32,000 nt of DNA, taken from assembly GCA_016873165.1 (NCBI GenBank), contig VGXV01000015.1:6413-38412 (forward strand), written 5' to 3'. Source of the DNA: Planctomycetota bacterium (lineage in GTDB: Bacteria; Planctomycetota; Brocadiia; Brocadiales; Brocadiaceae). This document shows, piece after piece, positions 8,883-17,853 of the stretch (position 1 is the first letter of the stretch; each line of letters begins with the position of its first letter). A program made the translations under genes and the position numbers. The notes under the pieces are model-generated. The model was not told the origin of the DNA. It worked only from the letters and a program-made list of their open reading frames with translations, and did not search any database.

Positions 8883-8959
8883 TGGTAGCGGTGGAGGGAT
8901 TCGAACCCCCGACATGCGGCTTATGAATCCGCTGCTCTAACCAACTGAGCTACACCGCC
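8883..8959 (-). tRNA. tRNA with CAT anticodon (elongator Met, or Ile2 if lysidine-modified), CCA encoded
   Basis: The reverse complement reads GGCGGTG-TA-GCTC-AGTTGGTTA-GAGC-A-GCGGA-TTCATAA-GCCGC-ATGTC-GGGGG-TTCGAAT-CCCTC-CACCGCT-A-CCA. This is a full cloverleaf of 77 nt with a GTTCGAAT T-loop. It lacks the C1xA72 and GGG/CCC initiator signatures. Confidence 0.88.
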
Positions 8960-9189
8960 GTTGATGTATGTTTTCCAAAAATACGGTTTGAAAAGAGTTG
9001 TTTAAACCAATTAGTGGAGTAATGAATTGAATTGAATTGATATACTTAATACTTATATGGAAAAGATAACATCTGCTATCGTTGTTTTCAAGAAATATTC
9101 TTAAATTTCAGTATTTAAACCACCTCCATTGTTAATGGCATATAAATGGCATTTATACTTTATTATAACTTCAATTTATCATAATTAAA

Positions 9190-9999
9190 ATGGATATACT
9201 ACGTCAATCAGCAGTCGCAGGATCTTTTTATAGCGGTGACAAAGACCGGTTACGGCATGAGATCGATACCCTTGTCATCAAGGATTGTGAAAAACAATCC
9301 GCACTGGGAGTTGTTTCTCCCCATGCGGGGTATATGTATTCCGGAAGTGTTGCCGGAAGTTTGTATTCGCACGTTATAATACCGGACACGGTAGTGATAT
9401 TGTCTCCCAACCATACCGGATATGGCAAACCATACTCCATCTGGCCCGGAGGTTCATGGAATACTCCCCTCGGAGATATTGCCGTAAATGAAGAGGTGGT
9501 AAACGAATTGACCGATAACTGTCCGCTGATAAAGAAAGATCAGGAGGCGCATTTGTATGAACATGCTGCCGAGGTGCAAATCCCCTTTATTCAATATTTT
9601 AATCCCGACACAAAAATAGTGGTAATGACTATTTCCGCCCGAAAAATTCAGGATTTAAAAACGATAGGCAAATGCATGGCTCAAACGTTACAGAAATTAT
9701 GCCCGGATGCCCTTGTCGTGGCGTCTTCCGATATGACGCATCACGAGCCGCAGGAATCTGCAAACAGGAAAGACAAAATTGCCATCGATGAAATTCTGGC
9801 GCTCAATGAAGACGGTTTATACAACAAAGTACACGAATTCCGTATTTCCATGTGCGGGATATATCCGGCGGTGATTATGCTGGCTTGCTCCAAAGAGCGC
9901 GGAGCAAAAGAAGCAAGGCTTGTGCGTTACGCCACAAGCGGAGATGTTACCGACGATTATGATCAGGTGGTAGGATATGCGGGAATTATAGTACGGTAA
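9190..9999 (+). CDS. MEMO1-family protein (AmmeMemoRadiSam system protein B-like)
   Basis: 269 aa. N-terminal AVAGSFY motif, SPHAGYMYSG motif, and SSDMTHHE later. These are typical of the Memo/AmrB family. Confidence 0.8.
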   Translation: MDILRQSAVAGSFYSGDKDRLRHEIDTLVIKDCEKQSALGVVSPHAGYMYSGSVAGSLYSHVIIPDTVVILSPNHTGYGKPYSIWPGGSWNTPLGDIAVNEEVVNELTDNCPLIKKDQEAHLYEHAAEVQIPFIQYFNPDTKIVVMTISARKIQDLKTIGKCMAQTLQKLCPDALVVASSDMTHHEPQESANRKDKIAIDEILALNEDGLYNKVHEFRISMCGIYPAVIMLACSKERGAKEARLVRYATSGDVTDDYDQVVGYAGIIVR

Positions 10000-10028
10000 T
10001 ATATTTAAAAATCATCATTACACTATTA

Positions 10029-10108
10029 AATTAGATTCTTCGCTCTGCTCAGAATGACAAGTTAAAATGTCATTCTGAATGGAGCAAAGCGGAATGAAGA
10101 ATCTAATT
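10029..10108. repeat. nested-palindrome REP-like element, copy A
   Basis: Outer arms are AATTAGATTCTTC (10029-10041) and GAAGAATCTAATT (10096-10108). Inner arms are TCAGAATGACA (10049-10059) and TGTCATTCTGA (10068-10078). It lies between the convergent stops of the Memo-like gene (9999) and glmS (10112). The right half is 37/41 identical to copy B at 29474-29514. Confidence 0.9.
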
Positions 10109-10111
10109 GTT

Positions 10112-11938
10112 TTATTCAACCGTCACGCTTTTTGCCAGATTTCTTGGTTTGTCCACGTCGCAACCGCGCAAGACGGCCATGTGATACGCAAGCAATTGAA
10201 GGGGGATTACCGAAAGAATTGGTATCAGAACGTTTGAAGTTTCCGGGATGTGAAATACATGATCGACCCTTTCGGTAATTTCCCGGTCACCTTCCGTAGC
10301 GATTGCAATAACCTTTCCGCCCCTCGATTTTACTTCTTCGATATTGTTGAGTATTTTTCCGTACGTACTGTCTTTTGTTGCAATAAATATTACCGGCATG
10401 TTTTTGTCAATAAGGGCGATAGGGCCATGTTTCATTTCCGCGGCAGGATAGCCTTCCGCATGGATATATGAAATTTCTTTTAATTTAAGTGCGCCCTCCA
10501 GCGCCACCGGATAGTTGAATCCCCTGCCGAGATAGAGGGCATGATTTGTGTTCTTGTATATTTCCGCGATTTCGCCGATCTCCTTTTCTCTTTCAAGAAT
10601 CTCCTGTATCTTGTCGGGAATAGCGCGAATGGCGGCTATCATGCCGGATTCCACGAAGGATTGTTTATTTTTCAGGAGCAACAGGTAAAGAGAAAATAAA
10701 TATAATGCGGCTATCTGCGCGGTAAATGCCTTTGTTGAGGCGACTCCGATTTCCGGGCCGATATGCAGATAAATTCCCGCTGCGGCTTCACGGGCGATGC
10801 TGCTGCCAACAACATTGCAAATGGACAGTATTATGGCGCCCTTTTCTTTTGCCTCGCGCATGGCCGCCAGCGTATCCGCAGTCTCTCCCGATTGACTGAT
10901 TGCTATGACAATAGTATCTTTTTCAATAATAGGATTGCGATAACGAAATTCTGACGCATATTCCACTTCGACCGGTATCCTGACCAGTTCTTCCAGCATA
11001 TATTCCCCGACCAGCCCCGCATGCCAGGATGTTCCGCAGGCAACAATAATAATTCGTTTTGCCGCTGATAGTTGTTTTTCCCGGTTAATGAGTCCGCCTA
11101 GTTTTATCGGACCCCGATGTCCGTCCACCCTGCCTCTCATAAGATTAAGAAGCGCCTGGGGCTGTTCGTGGATTTCCTTCAGCATGAAGTGTTTGTAGCC
11201 GCCTTTTTCGATCATATCAATATTCCACAGCACTTCTTCCGTTTTCTTGTAGGTAGGAATATTTTGTATCGTCTTTGTTTTGTAACCGTCCGGAGTAAGG
11301 ATTGCTATTTCATTGTCATCCAGATAGATAACCTCCCGTGTATGTTCCAATGAGGCGGAGACATCGGAAGTAATGAAATATTCCTGATCTCCTATTCCCA
11401 GTATTAACGGCGACCCGCATCTTGCCGCTACGATTTTTTTGGGATCTTTTGATGAAATAACCGCAAGTCCATACGTTCCCTCTACTTTTTTCAGGGCTTC
11501 CATAACGGCGGTTTCGAGATTATTCCGGTAATGCTCCTCGATAAGGTGCGCCAGCACCTCGGTATCCGTCTGGCTTCTAAACGTATGACCATTTTGTTGC
11601 AGTTTTGATTTCAAATAGTCATAATTCTCGATAATTCCATTATGAACCAAAGCGATTTCGCCATGACAATCAAAATGAGGGTGCGCATTTTCAACCGTCG
11701 GCGGTCCGTGGGTTGCCCATCGTGTATGAACAATGCCCGCATGTGATTTGTAGGCATGACCACGTAGTTTTTCCTCCAGCATTGCAATTTTTCCGACGGC
11801 CTTTTCACACCGCAGAGAACCGTTTTCGAAAAAGGCGATACCGGAAGAGTCATATCCGCGGTATTCCAGTCTTTTAATGCCTTCAATCAAAACAGGGATG
11901 GCATTTTTTGGTCCGATATAACCGACAATTCCGCACAT
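10112..11938 (-). CDS. glmS: glutamine--fructose-6-phosphate aminotransferase (isomerizing)
   Basis: 608 aa. N-terminal MCGIVGYIG (Ntn Cys), two SIS domains, C-terminal ...KPRNLAKSVTVE. AGGAGGG lies 5 nt upstream of the ATG. Confidence 0.97.
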   Translation of the reverse strand: MCGIVGYIGPKNAIPVLIEGIKRLEYRGYDSSGIAFFENGSLRCEKAVGKIAMLEEKLRGHAYKSHAGIVHTRWATHGPPTVENAHPHFDCHGEIALVHNGIIENYDYLKSKLQQNGHTFRSQTDTEVLAHLIEEHYRNNLETAVMEALKKVEGTYGLAVISSKDPKKIVAARCGSPLILGIGDQEYFITSDVSASLEHTREVIYLDDNEIAILTPDGYKTKTIQNIPTYKKTEEVLWNIDMIEKGGYKHFMLKEIHEQPQALLNLMRGRVDGHRGPIKLGGLINREKQLSAAKRIIIVACGTSWHAGLVGEYMLEELVRIPVEVEYASEFRYRNPIIEKDTIVIAISQSGETADTLAAMREAKEKGAIILSICNVVGSSIAREAAAGIYLHIGPEIGVASTKAFTAQIAALYLFSLYLLLLKNKQSFVESGMIAAIRAIPDKIQEILEREKEIGEIAEIYKNTNHALYLGRGFNYPVALEGALKLKEISYIHAEGYPAAEMKHGPIALIDKNMPVIFIATKDSTYGKILNNIEEVKSRGGKVIAIATEGDREITERVDHVFHIPETSNVLIPILSVIPLQLLAYHMAVLRGCDVDKPRNLAKSVTVE

Positions 11939-11953
11939 ATATTCCCTCCTGTC

Positions 11954-12961
11954 TCAGGATGTATGCATGAATTTTTTCAGCGCCTGATACATTTCAGGCA
12001 GCTTCCTGATTACCACCTGAATTCGTTTTTCCTCGCTTAGTGCCTTTGCCGGAGATCCCCAGACAACGGCCCCCGGTTTAAGGCTTTTATAAACTTTGGA
12101 ACCTCCGCCTATAACACAATTATCTCCGATTGTCGCATGATCGGTGATGCCAACATCTTCGGCCACCATAACATTCTTTCCGATTTTTGCGCTACCGGCG
12201 ACTTTTGCATAGCCGATAAGCATCGTATCATCGCCAATTTCCACATTATGGGCAATATGGGAATGATTATCTATTTTCACACCATTTCCAATGACTGTCT
12301 TATCAATAGCGGCGCGGCAGATAGTTACCATAGATCCGATTTCCACATCATCGCCAATTTCTACCGTTCCTATTTGGGGAATCTTTATGTGTTTTTTTTC
12401 CATTTGAAGATAGCCAAAACCGTCATCGCCGATAACACTGTTGCAATGAATAATTACCTTTCTGCCGATACTGCATTTTTCCCGAACAGAAACATTTGCG
12501 TAAATCAGGGTATCGTTCCCTATCCTGCAATATTTCCCGATGAAAGTATGTGGATAAATAACAACATTATTTCCTATCACTGTATTGTCTTCAATCACCA
12601 CATATGCGCCGATAGAAACTCCTTTGCCAATGACAACGCTGCTGCCGATAATTGCAGAAGGATGAATACCTGCCGGGCGTGTAAATCTTTTTTTTGCCAC
12701 ATCTTCCATAAGGAGAGTAAATGCAAAAAACGGATTTTTTATTACGATACAAGGTTTGTTGCATGCCGGAATTTCGCGGTGTACTACTAATGCGGAAGCC
12801 TGAGATGCCAAAGCTTTCGGAATAAACGTGTCGTTTTTAATAAAAGAAATATCGCCTTTTACGGCATTTTCAATACTGGCAATGCCGGTAATAACGGATT
12901 TCCCTTCACCGATAATTTTACCACCTATGATCGATTGGATTTGGTTTAAGGTGTATTCCAT
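11954..12961 (-). CDS. lpxD: UDP-3-O-acylglucosamine N-acyltransferase
   Basis: 335 aa. LpxD-type N-terminal domain (ITGIASIENAVKGDISF) followed by a long run of hexapeptide left-handed beta-helix repeats. Confidence 0.9.
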   Translation of the reverse strand: MEYTLNQIQSIIGGKIIGEGKSVITGIASIENAVKGDISFIKNDTFIPKALASQASALVVHREIPACNKPCIVIKNPFFAFTLLMEDVAKKRFTRPAGIHPSAIIGSSVVIGKGVSIGAYVVIEDNTVIGNNVVIYPHTFIGKYCRIGNDTLIYANVSVREKCSIGRKVIIHCNSVIGDDGFGYLQMEKKHIKIPQIGTVEIGDDVEIGSMVTICRAAIDKTVIGNGVKIDNHSHIAHNVEIGDDTMLIGYAKVAGSAKIGKNVMVAEDVGITDHATIGDNCVIGGGSKVYKSLKPGAVVWGSPAKALSEEKRIQVVIRKLPEMYQALKKFMHTS

Positions 12962-12979
12962 GGTTTCTTTTCGTTTTCA

Positions 12980-14224
12980 TTATACCCTGCCGAGGACGAC
13001 GGTGGCATTATGACCACCAAACCCAAATGAATTAGAAAGAACCTTGTTAAGCCTTTTTTTGCGCGCTTCGTTAGGAACGAAATCCAACCCGGAACACTGC
13101 GGATCCGGGGTTTCATAATTTATTGTCGGAGGAATAATCCCCTCATTCAGCGCAAATGCGCATATTATAATTTCCACGCTTCCGGAAGCGCCAAGCTGAT
13201 GTCCAAGCATTGACTTGGTAGAGCTTACGGGGATTTTTGAAGCATGTTCGCCAAAAACCTTTTTAATGGCGCCAACCTCTATCTGATCGCCAAGGGGAGT
13301 AGACGTCGCATGTGCATTTATGTAATCTATGTTTTCAGCATTACATTTTGCGTCATTTAGCGCATTTGTCATACATCGTATTGCACCTTCGCCGCTGTTT
13401 TCCGGAGCGGCAATATGGTATGCATCTGTGGTTATGCCATATCCTAATATCTCTGCGTAAATAGAGGCGCCTCTCTTTCTGGCCGATTCCAGTTCTTCTA
13501 TAACAACTATTCCCGCTCCTTCAGACATAACAAAGCCGTCCCGGTCATTATCAAACGGTCTGCTTGCTCTTTGCGGTTCGTTATTGCGGGCAGACAATGC
13601 CTTCATTGCGCCAAACCCGCTTAAGGCCAGAGGAGAAATAACTGCTTCAGAACTTCCCGCAATCATAATGTCGGCATCGCCGCTCTGTATTATTCGTACC
13701 GCTTCCCCTATGGCAATTACCCCTGTTGTACAGGCTGCAACAACGGCAAAGCCGGGGCCTTTTAACCCATAGCGAATAGCAACCTGAGCAGGCGCAGCGT
13801 TTACCATTAGCTTGGGAACCATGAAAGGGGAAACCCTTGATGGCCCTTTGTTTAACAGATTTTTATGCTGCGCCTCAAGCTCTATAAGACCACCCATACC
13901 GGAACCAATTAAAACACCCGTGCGCAGTATATCAATGCTATTTATATTTAAATCCGCATCTTTTAGCGCCAGATCTGTCGCCGCTACCGCAAATTGTGAA
14001 AACCGGTCCAGCCTCCTGGCCTCTTTTATATCAAACCATTGTGTTGGGTCAAAATCGCTTACTTCACCGGCAAAGTTAACTTCGAAATTAGAAGTGTCAA
14101 AAGAAGCGATAGGTTTTATGCCACTTTCACCGTTGCATAATGCAGTCCATATTTTCTTTTTTTCACCTCCCAGCGAGGTTATTGCCCCGGCGCCAGTGAT
14201 GACGACCCTTTTTCGTCCTTGCAT
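12980..14224 (-). CDS. fabF: 3-oxoacyl-ACP synthase II
   Basis: 414 aa. RVVITGAGAITSLG N-terminus, active-site ACTTG Cys, His-His pair (NAHATSTPLGD, GHQLGASG), C-terminal SFGFGGHNA. Confidence 0.95.
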   Translation of the reverse strand: MQGRKRVVITGAGAITSLGGEKKKIWTALCNGESGIKPIASFDTSNFEVNFAGEVSDFDPTQWFDIKEARRLDRFSQFAVAATDLALKDADLNINSIDILRTGVLIGSGMGGLIELEAQHKNLLNKGPSRVSPFMVPKLMVNAAPAQVAIRYGLKGPGFAVVAACTTGVIAIGEAVRIIQSGDADIMIAGSSEAVISPLALSGFGAMKALSARNNEPQRASRPFDNDRDGFVMSEGAGIVVIEELESARKRGASIYAEILGYGITTDAYHIAAPENSGEGAIRCMTNALNDAKCNAENIDYINAHATSTPLGDQIEVGAIKKVFGEHASKIPVSSTKSMLGHQLGASGSVEIIICAFALNEGIIPPTINYETPDPQCSGLDFVPNEARKKRLNKVLSNSFGFGGHNATVVLGRV

Positions 14225-14458
14225 TTATTTGTGTTCCTCGATGTATTTGATTGCATCTCCCACTGTGCGTATTTTTTCCGCATCTTCATCAGGAATATTC
14301 ATGTCAAAGGCATCTTCAAATTCCATGATTAATTCCACCGTATCCAGCGAATCTGCGCCCAAATCATTGATAAATGATGTTTCCGGTGTTATCTGTTCCG
14401 CTTTTACTCCCATTTGTTTTGTAATTATTTCTTTTACTTTTTCCCCGACTGACGCCAC
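14225..14458 (-). CDS. acpP: acyl carrier protein
   Basis: [18 protein letters not shown] phosphopantetheine-site motif. The ORF track starts at GTG 14467, but AAGGAGG overlaps that codon. GTG at 14458 has 8-nt spacing and gives a typical 77-aa ACP. Confidence 0.93.
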   Translation of the reverse strand: MASVGEKVKEIITKQMGVKAEQITPETSFINDLGADSLDTVELIMEFEDAFDMNIPDEDAEKIRTVGDAIKYIEEHK

Positions 14459-14498
14459 GATTTTCACCTCCTTGTTAAAAACAATTCGAATTTATTGA

Positions 14499-15419
14499 TT
14501 AAAGATCTGTTATCGTGCCAATACTTTTAACTTGCTGAGTAGCATCTATTTTCTTCATAAGCCCCGACAATGTTTTCCCCGGGCCTATTTCATAAAACTG
14601 ACTAATTCCATCCTGTATCAATTTCAGCATGGACTGAGACCATCTGACAGGACTGTTTAGTTGTTTTGCCAGAGACATTCGTATTTCCTCCGGCTCTGCA
14701 ACATAATCCGCATGTATGTTTGCGACTACAGGAATTTTCGACCTGGAGATAGCAGTTGATTTCAGTTCAGAAGATAATTTGTCGCTGGCAGGAGACATTA
14801 AATCAGAATGAAACGCGCCATGTACTTTTAACGGAATTGCCATTCTGGCCCCTCTTTCTTTTGCCAACAAAGCCGCCTTTTCCAGCATCGTTGTTTCTCC
14901 TGATATTACCACCTGTCCCGGACTGTTATAGTTTGCGGCGCAGATTACGCCAAAAGGTTTCAATTCATCACAAATTTGCTCAATTTTTGCATCATCCAGT
15001 CCGATGACAGAAACCATCCCGCCGGGATTCATCTCGCAGGCTTCCTGCATGTATACACCGCGTTTGTACACCAATTTTACTGCGTCCGCAAAAGCAAGCG
15101 AACCTGCCGCTACATGAGCGGTGTATTCCCCCAAACTCAATCCGGCAACCGCATCGCATGTACTTGTTTCAAAAAAAGAACTTTTTTTCAAAACCTGAAG
15201 TATTGCAAAAGAAGTTACCAGTATGGCAGGCTGGCAAAGGGACGTCTTGTTTAATTCTTCCTGATTTCCCTCGAAACATAAAGACGCCAGGTCAAACCCT
15301 AACACATCATTTGCCTGATCAAAAACTTCCCGCGCATCTTTGTATTGTCTGTAAAAATCTTTTCCCATGCCCACCAACTGAGTGCCCTGGCCGGGAAAAA
15401 GAAAAGCCGTTTTCCGCAT
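14499..15419 (-). CDS. fabD: malonyl-CoA:ACP transacylase
   Basis: 306 aa. FLFPGQGTQ and GLSLGEYTA (active-site Ser) motifs. Confidence 0.93.
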   Translation of the reverse strand: MRKTAFLFPGQGTQLVGMGKDFYRQYKDAREVFDQANDVLGFDLASLCFEGNQEELNKTSLCQPAILVTSFAILQVLKKSSFFETSTCDAVAGLSLGEYTAHVAAGSLAFADAVKLVYKRGVYMQEACEMNPGGMVSVIGLDDAKIEQICDELKPFGVICAANYNSPGQVVISGETTMLEKAALLAKERGARMAIPLKVHGAFHSDLMSPASDKLSSELKSTAISRSKIPVVANIHADYVAEPEEIRMSLAKQLNSPVRWSQSMLKLIQDGISQFYEIGPGKTLSGLMKKIDATQQVKSIGTITDL

Positions 15420-15423
15420 AATG

Positions 15424-16419
15424 CTACCACTTAATAACCGATGATCCCCATGTCAATCCTCCTCCAAAAGCAACCAGCATCACCAAATCGCCTTTTTTGA
15501 GCCTTCCTTCCTGTTGCGCCTCATCGATTGCTATGGGAACTGACGCAGAAGACGTATTGCCATATTTATTAATATTTACAAATGCTTTTTCCATAGGCAG
15601 ATTTAGTTTTTCCATGGTTGCTTCAATAATTCTCAGATTGCTTTGGTGTGGTATAATTAAATCTATGTCCTGAACATCAAAGCCGTTTTTTTGAGCAGTT
15701 TCAATAACCAGATTGGTGATATTATTAATCGCCAGTTTAAATACTTCTTTTCCTCTGAATTGAATATAATGTAATCGTTGCTGTATGCTGTCCGGTGAGG
15801 CCGGATGTTTTGAACCGCCGCCATGAATTATAAGCACATCTGAATGCGATCCGTCCGAAACCAATCGTGTATCAAGTATTTGATGTTTTTCCGGGTTATT
15901 TTGCACTACCACAGCGCCTGCTCCGTCTCCAAACAAGACGCAGGTTGTCCGGTCGGTATAATCCACAATCTTTGAAAGGCATTCTGAACCCACCACTAAA
16001 ACGGTTTTTGCGGCGCCGGAATTTACAAAACTTTGTCCGATGGAGAGCGCATACACAAATCCTGAACAAGCGGCAGAAATATCAAAAGCGCTTGCGCGCG
16101 TAGCGCCAATTTGTTTTTGCAAACAACAGGAAGTAGACGGGAAAAGATAGTCAGGGGTAATAGTAGAAGTGATGATCATATCGATTTCTTCGGCAGAAAT
16201 TCCGGCATTTTCGATTGCCTTTAGAGAAGCATGGGCGGCAAGGTCTGAAGTTGCCACTCCATTCTCAACGATACGACGTTCCCTTATTCCTGTCCGCTGC
16301 AAAATCCAATCGTCCGTGGTATCTACTATTTTTTCTAAATCATGATTGGTTAATTTCTTACTAGGAAGGTAAGATCCTATACCTGTAATCGATGCTATTT
16401 GATTTTGGTGCACGTTCAA
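15424..16419 (-). CDS. fabH: 3-oxoacyl-ACP synthase III
   Basis: 331 aa. AACSGFVYAL (Cys), PHQSN (His) and GNTSSAS (Asn) motifs. The start is a TTG with no clear SD, so the start is uncertain by a few codons. Confidence 0.92.
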   Translation of the reverse strand: MNVHQNQIASITGIGSYLPSKKLTNHDLEKIVDTTDDWILQRTGIRERRIVENGVATSDLAAHASLKAIENAGISAEEIDMIITSTITPDYLFPSTSCCLQKQIGATRASAFDISAACSGFVYALSIGQSFVNSGAAKTVLVVGSECLSKIVDYTDRTTCVLFGDGAGAVVVQNNPEKHQILDTRLVSDGSHSDVLIIHGGGSKHPASPDSIQQRLHYIQFRGKEVFKLAINNITNLVIETAQKNGFDVQDIDLIIPHQSNLRIIEATMEKLNLPMEKAFVNINKYGNTSSASVPIAIDEAQQEGRLKKGDLVMLVAFGGGLTWGSSVIKW

Positions 16420-16458
16420 TTTTTAATTACCCAATGAAGATACATAGCGCTTGAAAAG

Positions 16459-17475
16459 CTAAGCAACTTCCGCAGTAAGTTTACCGGACTTTTCCAGTTC
16501 CGAAATAATATGCTCGTTAACCTTTGTTTTCGCTAATTTTACTGCCGCCTTTATAGCATTCTGAATGGCTCTTGCGTCAGATCTGCCATGGCAAATAATA
16601 CAAATACCATTTACTCCCAGCAATGGAACACCCCCGTATTCGGCAAAATCCATCTTTGCTTTTAACGATTGGAAGATTGGTTTGCATAAAAACATACCAA
16701 GTTTTGTCCAGAAACTATTCATTGCCTCTGTTTTTATCGTCATCAAAAGGCTCTTTGATATCCCCTCCGCAAATTTCAATATTACGTTTCCCACAAAACC
16801 TTCACAAACGACAACATGCGCTTTTCCATCAAATATCTCCCGGCTCTCAACATTCCCGACAAAATTTAAAGGTGAGTTGGCAAGAAGGGAAAAGGTTTCC
16901 CGAACGAGATCGTTTCCCTTTGCATCCTCTTCTCCGATGTTGAGAAGTCCCACCGTAGGATTTTCAATATTCATAAGATACTTGCATACTGTTGATGCCA
17001 TAACGCCGTATTGATACAAGTGCAATGGTTTGCAACTGATATTGGCGCCTGCGTCAATAATCATACACATTCCATAACGGGTCGGAAGCGATATCGCAAT
17101 TCCGGGACGGCGAACACCTTTCAATGTCCTCAGATGCAATGTAGCTGCCGCTACCGTTGCTCCCGTATGCCCGGCGCTGACGAGCGCATTGGCTTCGCCC
17201 TTCGCAAGCAACTCAACACTGCGTGTAATTGATGAGTTTATTTTCTGGCGTATAGAATGTGTCGCAGGATCATCCATGCCAACTATCTGAGGTGCATGAT
17301 GAATGGATATATTTTTGGGAGTAGTTCTGATAAGAGTTAACTCGTGTTTTATTTTGTTTTCGTCACCTACCAATATAATCTCAGCATCAGAAACCAATTG
17401 CGCAGCCAAGACAGAACCTTTGACGATTTCTTGCGGCGCCTTATCCCCGCCCATGGCATCTACCGCAATCCTCAT
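16459..17475 (-). CDS. plsX: phosphate acyltransferase PlsX
   Basis: MRIAVDAMGGD N-terminus and VSAGHTGA motif. The ORF track extends to 17496, but that would overlap rpmF. ATG 17475 lies 4 nt after the rpmF stop. Confidence 0.93.
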   Translation of the reverse strand: MRIAVDAMGGDKAPQEIVKGSVLAAQLVSDAEIILVGDENKIKHELTLIRTTPKNISIHHAPQIVGMDDPATHSIRQKINSSITRSVELLAKGEANALVSAGHTGATVAAATLHLRTLKGVRRPGIAISLPTRYGMCMIIDAGANISCKPLHLYQYGVMASTVCKYLMNIENPTVGLLNIGEEDAKGNDLVRETFSLLANSPLNFVGNVESREIFDGKAHVVVCEGFVGNVILKFAEGISKSLLMTIKTEAMNSFWTKLGMFLCKPIFQSLKAKMDFAEYGGVPLLGVNGICIICHGRSDARAIQNAIKAAVKLAKTKVNEHIISELEKSGKLTAEVA

Positions 17476-17479
17476 ATAC

Positions 17480-17707
17480 TTACCTTTCAACAGCAATTAC
17501 TTGCCTGCCCCGGTAATATCCACAGTTGTGACATATAGTATGCGGCTGATTTACTTGTTTACAATGCGAACAAACGTAACGTTTTGAACGGATACGCCCC
17601 CCCTTTTCCAAATTTCTGTCTAACGGAATAACGGGAGTTGCAAGTTTATCATGCGTACGCCTTTTACGTGTTCTGGAGTTGGAATGTCTCCTCTTTGGAT
17701 TAGCCAT
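17480..17707 (-). CDS. rpmF: 50S ribosomal protein L32 (zinc-ribbon form)
   Basis: MANPKRRHSNSRTRKRRTH N-terminus typical of L32. CSHC...CHNC zinc ribbon. Classic position upstream of plsX. Confidence 0.88.
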   Translation of the reverse strand: MANPKRRHSNSRTRKRRTHDKLATPVIPLDRNLEKGGRIRSKRYVCSHCKQVNQPHTICHNCGYYRGRQVIAVER

Positions 17708-17753
17708 TTAAGACCTCATAGTTAAAAATTCATTTAATTTACAAAACTCATTC

Positions 17754-17800
17754 AATAAAAACAGGGATCAATATATGATTTCACCGGATTGTGTGATCCC
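17754..17800 (-). terminator. hairpin + U-tract between alaS and rpmF (alaS terminator or rpmF leader attenuator)
   Basis: On the minus strand, GGGATCA (17800..17794) pairs with TGATCCC (17770..17764) across a 23-nt loop, followed directly by TGTTTTTATT (17763..17754). Confidence 0.4.
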
Positions 17801-17824
17801 GGAAACGGATTTTATATAGAGCGC

Positions 17825-17853
17825 ATTATACACATTATTTTTCAAATTAACAA
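17825..17853 (-). promoter_or_regulatory. sigma-70-like promoter candidate upstream of rpmF-plsX-fab genes
   Basis: The minus strand reads TTGTTA (17853..17848), a 17-nt spacer, then TATAAT (17830..17825). It is about 118 nt upstream of the rpmF ATG. Confidence 0.35.

Noticed and set aside
9023-9040. Pentanucleotide tandem repeat (TGAAT)x3.5, plus the nearby duplicated AATGGCAT
   Set aside because: It is a short microsatellite in an AT-rich intergenic region, with no evidence of function and not long enough to suggest phase variation.
11939-11953. glmS ribozyme upstream of glmS
   Set aside because: Only 15 bp separate glmS from lpxD, so there is no room for the ~170-nt ribozyme.
12137-12790. 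217-aa plus-strand ORF
   Set aside because: It lies entirely antisense to lpxD. It is an artefact of the repetitive hexapeptide-repeat coding sequence, its composition is low-complexity (I/N/F/H-rich), and it has no RBS.
13812-14498. 228-aa plus-strand ORF
   Set aside because: It lies antisense to fabF and acpP, both of which have unmistakable motifs. It is a shadow ORF.
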